Positions 58,224 to 64,000 of a DNA stretch of 64,000 nt are shown here, piece after piece. Position 1 is the first letter of the stretch. Each line of letters opens with the position of its first letter. Source of the stretch: Octopus vulgaris (lineage: Eukaryota); contig OX597819.1 of the NCBI GenBank assembly GCA_951406725.2, positions 94,922,001-94,986,000 on the forward strand, given 5' to 3'. The translations under genes and the position numbers were made by a program. A model generated the notes under the pieces. It was not told the DNA's origin and did not search any database. It saw only the letters and a program-made list of their open reading frames with translations.

Positions 58224-59859
58224 CTGTGAAAAATTGTACCTTAAGTTTCCTCAATATATACGTATACAAGTGCACATGCACACATACACATATGACTTGT
58301 ACTGCTATAAAAGCTGGTTACTTGACCACTGGAGACAGTGAATGGATAAAGTAATTAGAGCATTGGGTAGTAGGTCCTGCTATATTTGCTATGACTCCCT
58401 GCAATCTGAGTTCAAATACTATTGAGGCCAACTTTGTCTTTCATGCCTTCAAGGCCAGTAAAAAAGTACCAGTCAAAGGTGTTGAACTGTAGAACTGTTA
58501 AAGGGTCAGGCAAGTTGCCTTACAGTATCTATTCTGGCTCATGCCTTTCTGACAGCAAAGCCTGTGATGACACTAATAACAAGCTGTATTGGTTTAAGTC
58601 ATTGGTGTTCTCTTGGTTAAATATAAGTAATGTGGAGAAGGGGAGACTTGCATACTGGAGTACTGCCAGTCTATTTCAAAAACTTTTGTCCAGGCCTGCA
58701 CATGTATGTACAGATACATCATTAACCTTGATTGGTGCACACCATCTCACACACATGCTGCCACTACCTCACCAGCTCTGCCTTTATCAACCAGCTGAAG
58801 AAACAAGATAATTTGTAGAAACTCTGCATAGTCCCAGAATCGTAAGGTAAGTTACCATATCTGTTTGGTATGGACTAACATTTTTCAATTCCATTTCATA
58901 TCTGTCTCATAGGCAACAGTTAGACCTCTGAAATCTTTTAGTTTCCTATAGATTTACATCTAGAAAGAGAGTGTATTAAAAATATTCCTCAACCACTTTA
59001 AAATAAAATTCTTAAAAGCCAAGACTCCAAGAGTAAAATTTTCCATTGTTTACTAAACAATACTTCACACTAGTACAAAAGAAAGTCTTCCTACTTGCAT
59101 GATTTTTCTTGCTTTTCCTTGATTGGCTGACACAAAGACAGCTATTGGAAGGCTACACAGCATTTATTGCACTACTTGAAGATCTCCCAATAGAATGAAA
59201 CAAGTGTACACTTGTTGCAGTCAGTAACTTACTAATATGTGTGTGTGTATGTTGTATCTGTAACTGACAGTATTAATTATATCTGACAATTGCAACTCAC
59301 ATGATCCATCTCAGACTTAGAGTCTCTAATGACACAATAATCTTTCTAAGAAAACTGTCAATAATTCTCTTGAGATTCTAAGGTGCAAGTTAACTAAGAC
59401 AATGATACCCTGTAGGCTCAGTCATATCAAACCAGCATTTATTGTAAGGAGAGGATGAAATAAATAACTGAAGGAATGGATGGAAAAGACTGGAATAAAA
59501 ACAGAAGTAAATCAGAAAGAAAGAAAGAAAGAAAAAGGAAGAGATATGAGTAAACAGAGAGAATAAAAGGAAGAGAGGGAAACAGAATAAAAAGAAGGAA
59601 GTAAAGGCACATGGAAAGGAAAAAGGCATGATTTGAAATGACATGAAGAAGAAAGGAGAGGAAAAATAATGAAGTTACAGAAATAAATTGTTGGTTCATG
59701 GTATTTACCAAAGAAAATTCCATTGAAAGCAAAAGGAAAATGCAAGAAAATAAAATAAAGAAACGATCTATTGAGCTGGGGAAGATGGCTGGTGGGGAGT
59801 TAGGAATTTAGCTTCATTGTTTTACTGACAATTGTAAGGAAATTATCCTCCTATAAAGG

Positions 59860-60400
59860 GTTCTCATTGTCATGTAATGTAGTGCATTGATGACATAGCA
59901 GTTCATTGATGACATGGCAATGAAAGTTTACCTGATTAAGCATAAAATCTCTAGCTATCTTGACACTCTTGTTCAACAAATTCGTATTATTGTCCATCCG
60001 TTGTATTTTTTGCATGCTTCTTGATCTATTATCCTCAACTCTTCCTTTCATGATAATAATGTTTTCCAGACCTCTGCTTCTTTGAATATAGCCATAATAG
60101 TTGAGCTTTTGTTTTTTCAAAATGTTCAGGAATTGTCTTTCACCTACTTGTTTATAACAAACATTTATTGTCTGATGATCCTTGTAAGAAACTCATAAGA
60201 TTCTCCTATACACCTACAATTCAAATGCTTTGATTATATTCTCTTCAAATTTGTTCAGAGTCCATGCTTTGCAGCTATAAATGTCAGTTGGCCAAATGAG
60301 CACTCACTCTAGCCTGGTTTTTAGTTTGGTTGGGACACTTTTGCTTCTCCAGAGGTTATTAACTTTTCCCATGGACAGTGTTACCATGGTTAGCCATGCC
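59860..60400 (-). mobile_element. Decayed RTE LINE RT C-terminus
   Basis: Motifs SMDSEQI..IKAFEL and KKQKLNYYGYIQR..GLENIIIMKGRVE..RSR. Confidence 0.6.
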
Positions 60401-60719
60401 CTAATTTCTTTCTTACATGTGATTTTATCAGAGATTTGGGCTCCAAACTTGCATAAAGGATACCACTCTAGTTATGTGTGCGTATCTTGTATATAGAATA
60501 CTAATTGAATCTTAGCTAGTCAAGACTAACATTGAAAATATTCTGGCCAAACCAAATAACTACAACAACACCAACAGTAACAACAATAATAAGAGGGAAC
60601 TTCTACATCAGCACTTGACCTGCTAGATACAACAGCTAAATCTCTTTCTCATGGTCACATTAGATAAAGGTGGGATGTCTATGGCTGGAATGCCTTTGAT
60701 CTTTGATAGGGCTGAACTG

Positions 60720-61140
60720 GTGATAATAAACTGGACATAGTGGTGGTGGTGGACAAGGTGCACCATATATGCTATATAACTAATATTGCATCCCCCTCTG
60801 ACTCACAAATAGTCAAGAAGGAAGGCGAAAAGATAGATAAATACAACTCTCTTAAGTACAAAATAGCCCAGCTATGGAAAATGAAGAAGGTCAAGATAGT
60901 ACCAATTATTGCTGGGTTCTTGGGAACAGTACCAGAAGGCAACAAGGGGAATATAAAGAAATTGAAATAAAGTGCCTAGTAGAACTGTTACAAAAGGTTT
61001 GCCACCTTGGTACAGCCAGAATAATCAGGAAAGTATTAGCTAACTGAAAAGGTCAGATAGTATGGTACTGTAGGCTGCAGGTAGCAAGCCCACTATGAGT
61101 TCCAACAAAACCTGTGATAAAGAAAAATGATAATAATAAT
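60720..61140 (+). mobile_element. R4/Dong-like RLE LINE 3' end
   Basis: Encodes NKLDIVVVDK..CYITNIASPSD...KEGEKIDKY..L..LWKMKKVKIVPII.G.LG...LQKVCHLGTARIIRKVL*, ending in (TAA)n. Confidence 0.8.
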
Positions 61141-61301
61141 TCTTTCTTTTTTTTTTTTTTGCTACAAGGGTAATGGATGAAGAACACTGCAAGAGTAAAT
61201 TGCAAAAAAGAAGAGAAAGAAAAACAGAAATATGTATGTTTTACAATAATAGCTTTAACAGTTCAATAAAAGAAAAAAAAACAATAGGTATTGTTACTAA
61301 C

Positions 61302-61349
61302 CAGAGTTATCACCATTGGAAGCTCTCATGATAACTGCAACTAGGATAT
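61302..61349 (-). CDS. NFAT5: NFAT5-like, candidate first coding exon (ATG at 61329; MRASNGDNS)
   Basis: Strong pyrimidine tract acceptor ttttctttttgtctttttcag and donor G|GTTAGT. The phase-1 exit joins in frame to the 45611 exon. No homology evidence for this peptide, and the frame is also open upstream of the ATG. Confidence 0.55.
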
Positions 61350-61378
61350 CTGAAAAAGACAAAAAGAAAATAAATGAA

Positions 61379-61409
<31 letters not shown>

Positions 61410-63132
61410 ATACAGACATATATATGAATGCAGAAGCTAGCTATCTCTTGAGCATATGCATGTGCATGTATGCAATATATATGCACTGCTGCAGTCTAAT
61501 TCAGTCTAATTACTGAAACAAATATAAAATAATAATAATAATGATAATATATATATATATATATATATTATGTATTGGCTTATGTTTTTCATTGTTTGAT
61601 TTGCCTAATAGTGGTTTTATCTCTAATTTAATATAATATAATATAATATATTTATACTATAAAATTGGATTTAATCCTAAATCTGATTTTTCCCTGTAAG
61701 TTTGGATTTATTCCCTAATATTTTATTATATATATATTATGTCATCATCACTTAATGTGCTATTTTCCATGCAGGCATGGATTGGACAGTTTAAGAAGAG
61801 CAGATGGGTGTGAGGGTTCCACCAGGTTCTGTTTCTGCTTTAACATTACAGTTGAATGCCTTTCCTAATGCCAACCACTTAACAGAGTGTACTGGGTGCT
61901 TTTTTTACATGACACATAAGATAAGACCTCTCAACAGAGTTGCATATAGACTGTAGTGAAAAACTATGATAGAGGGAGAGGAGAAGGTATCGTGCTGATG
62001 AAGTGAATACATGGTTTGCCCACCGGGGAAATTGAGAGAGAGAAAGAAAGAGATGTGAGGTCCAGGTACAATGTGATTATGAGGCAGAATAAGAATGAGT
62101 ACCAATTAGCGACTGGTTAGTGAAGAATTTCATTTGACAATGATGAAAATAATAATTATGAAAATCATGTGGAGTATGATAATGATAGTAACTACGATCA
62201 TGGCAGCAATGCGGATGGTGATAACAGAGACAAAGACAATAATGTTAATGACAGTGGTGATGCTGATGCTAATGATGATGATTTTGCTGATGGCAATGAT
62301 TATGAAAAGGATTTTCCCTTGACAACAGAAACGATCTTGTGTATACGTAAGTAAAACCATCACTTTTAGCAATTTCTGCTAGACACAACACAAGGAAGCA
62401 AGCTTCATAAAAAGAGATAATTTCATTTATCTCATTTGTTTTTCTTAAGATGTTGCCAACAGCAGTACTAGCAACAGCAGTAGCCTACTGGCGATAAATC
62501 AGGAATGATCTGATCTGCCAAAAATTCAATTTTCTCCTCAGAATTTTCTGCACTGCTACATTTGTTTTATTTTATTTATTTATTTGTTTTGGTCTTGTCG
62601 CACACACTAATGCCTATCTATACATATTTTCAAACATGCATTTACAGGCACCCCTGTAAACATGCATTTAACATGCCTACACTACCAAACACATACACAG
62701 ACACAAAATGCCGAATTAATGACATTTGGAGTTGCAGGTCAGATATCTTTTACATTGTGCTACTGAAGTGCATTAGACAGATGTTTTGCAACTATATTAT
62801 GAGGCTGTACAAAAATATATTGCTGAATTATTTAAATAAGAATCATTGCATATGGAATAAAATTAATTAAAAATAAGAGGTTATTAATTCTAGAAATCAA
62901 TATAGAATGTATATAAGTATTATATTATTTTATTCTTTTACTTGTTTCAGTGATTTGACTGCAGCCATGATGGAGCACTGCCTTTAGTCGAACAAATTGG
63001 CCCCAGGACTCATTCTTTGTAAGCCTAATACTTATTCTATTGGTCTCTTTTGCCAAACTGCTAAGTTACATGGATGTAAACACACCAACATAGGTTGTAA
63101 AGTGATGGTGGGGAACAAACACAGACATATAC

Positions 63133-63900
63133 ATCATCATCATCATGGTTCGACCGTGGTCGAGACAATGGAATTTACCATGCTACGCCAGACTTCATGG
63201 CATTTCATGGCATTACAGCGGTCCTGTTGCTGGATGCCTGTATCCCTGGAGATTACATCAGGGTAGGAGAGTGTGCGCCCTATGGTATTGCGAGTAGATA
63301 GCTTCCAGAGGAGAAGACTAGAAATTACCTCTTTTTCAGCTCTACAACAATGTCCAGCAAACTGGACTCTCCTACCTTTCACAAGAGATGACACAGGTGG
63401 TAATTTCCCATATATTTGCATTTTGGTTGGATGGCGCTTCCACGAGAGATTTTGAGCTCTCATAAGGAGGCGAGTGTAGGTTCCATCCAACCGCCTCTCA
63501 AGCTTCTTTGATAACGTCCAGGTTTCTGAGCCATATAGTAGAATTGGTTTGACTGTGGCTTTGAAGATTTCAAGTTTGAAGTCTCTACTTAGATTTGATG
63601 ACCAGATCTTATGCATGTCATTACAGGCTGACCAGGCCATACCCTTTCTAGTTAGAAAGTCTTTCCAGATGATGATATGTATGACCCAAGATATTTGTAA
63701 TCAGAAGCCATATTTAAGGGCACATTGTTGAGAGTATGGATGATGCAATCACTGTTGGACAGGCACTTGTTTATGTATTCAGTCTTGGCCTCATTGAGGT
63801 AAAGACCTACACAATTTGAGGCTTGTTCAAGAGATTGTAAAAGAGACTGGGCATTGGAGAGAGAATCACTGACAAGAGCGATGTCGTCAGCAAATTGTTG
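63133..63900 (-). mobile_element. RTE-group LINE 3' part (RT C-terminus)
   Basis: FADDIAL...GLYLNEAKTEY, then KATVKPILLYGSETWTLSKK...RRVQFAGHC, and a (GAT)n tail. Confidence 0.88.
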
Positions 63901-64000
63901 GTTTGAAGTGTTTTAGTAAATGAATCAACCCTATTATTTATTTTTTAAGCCTGGTACTTATTCTATCAGTCTCTTTTGATGAACTGCTAAGTTATGGGGA

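Noticed and set aside
62130-62372. Met-rich and Asp/Asn-rich ORFs
   Set aside because: Degenerate (GAT/AAT)n low-complexity tract with no splice or homology support.

Overview
AT-rich, microsatellite-dense metazoan DNA; the repeat landscape points to a coleoid cephalopod (probably Octopus), which is an inference. The main gene is a minus-strand NFAT5/TonEBP-type Rel-homology transcription factor. I rebuilt it by hand as nine GT-AG exons with consistent phases (61329->20553, 626 aa), and it appears to stop just after the IPT domain. The rest is mostly transposons: Tc1 and mariner remnants (one built from two 5' ends), piggyBac-like and Merlin-like MITEs, a Penelope-like GIY-YIG element with inverted pseudo-LTRs, R4/Dong-like, RTE and CR1-group LINE ends, and tRNA-derived SINEs piled head to tail. 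The most striking unannotated signal is a set of unrelated type I hammerhead-ribozyme motifs sharing one layout, ribozyme + short tail + (TA)n. One has a fully intact core (4352-4443) and one carries the rare A3-U8 covariant (24867-24899).
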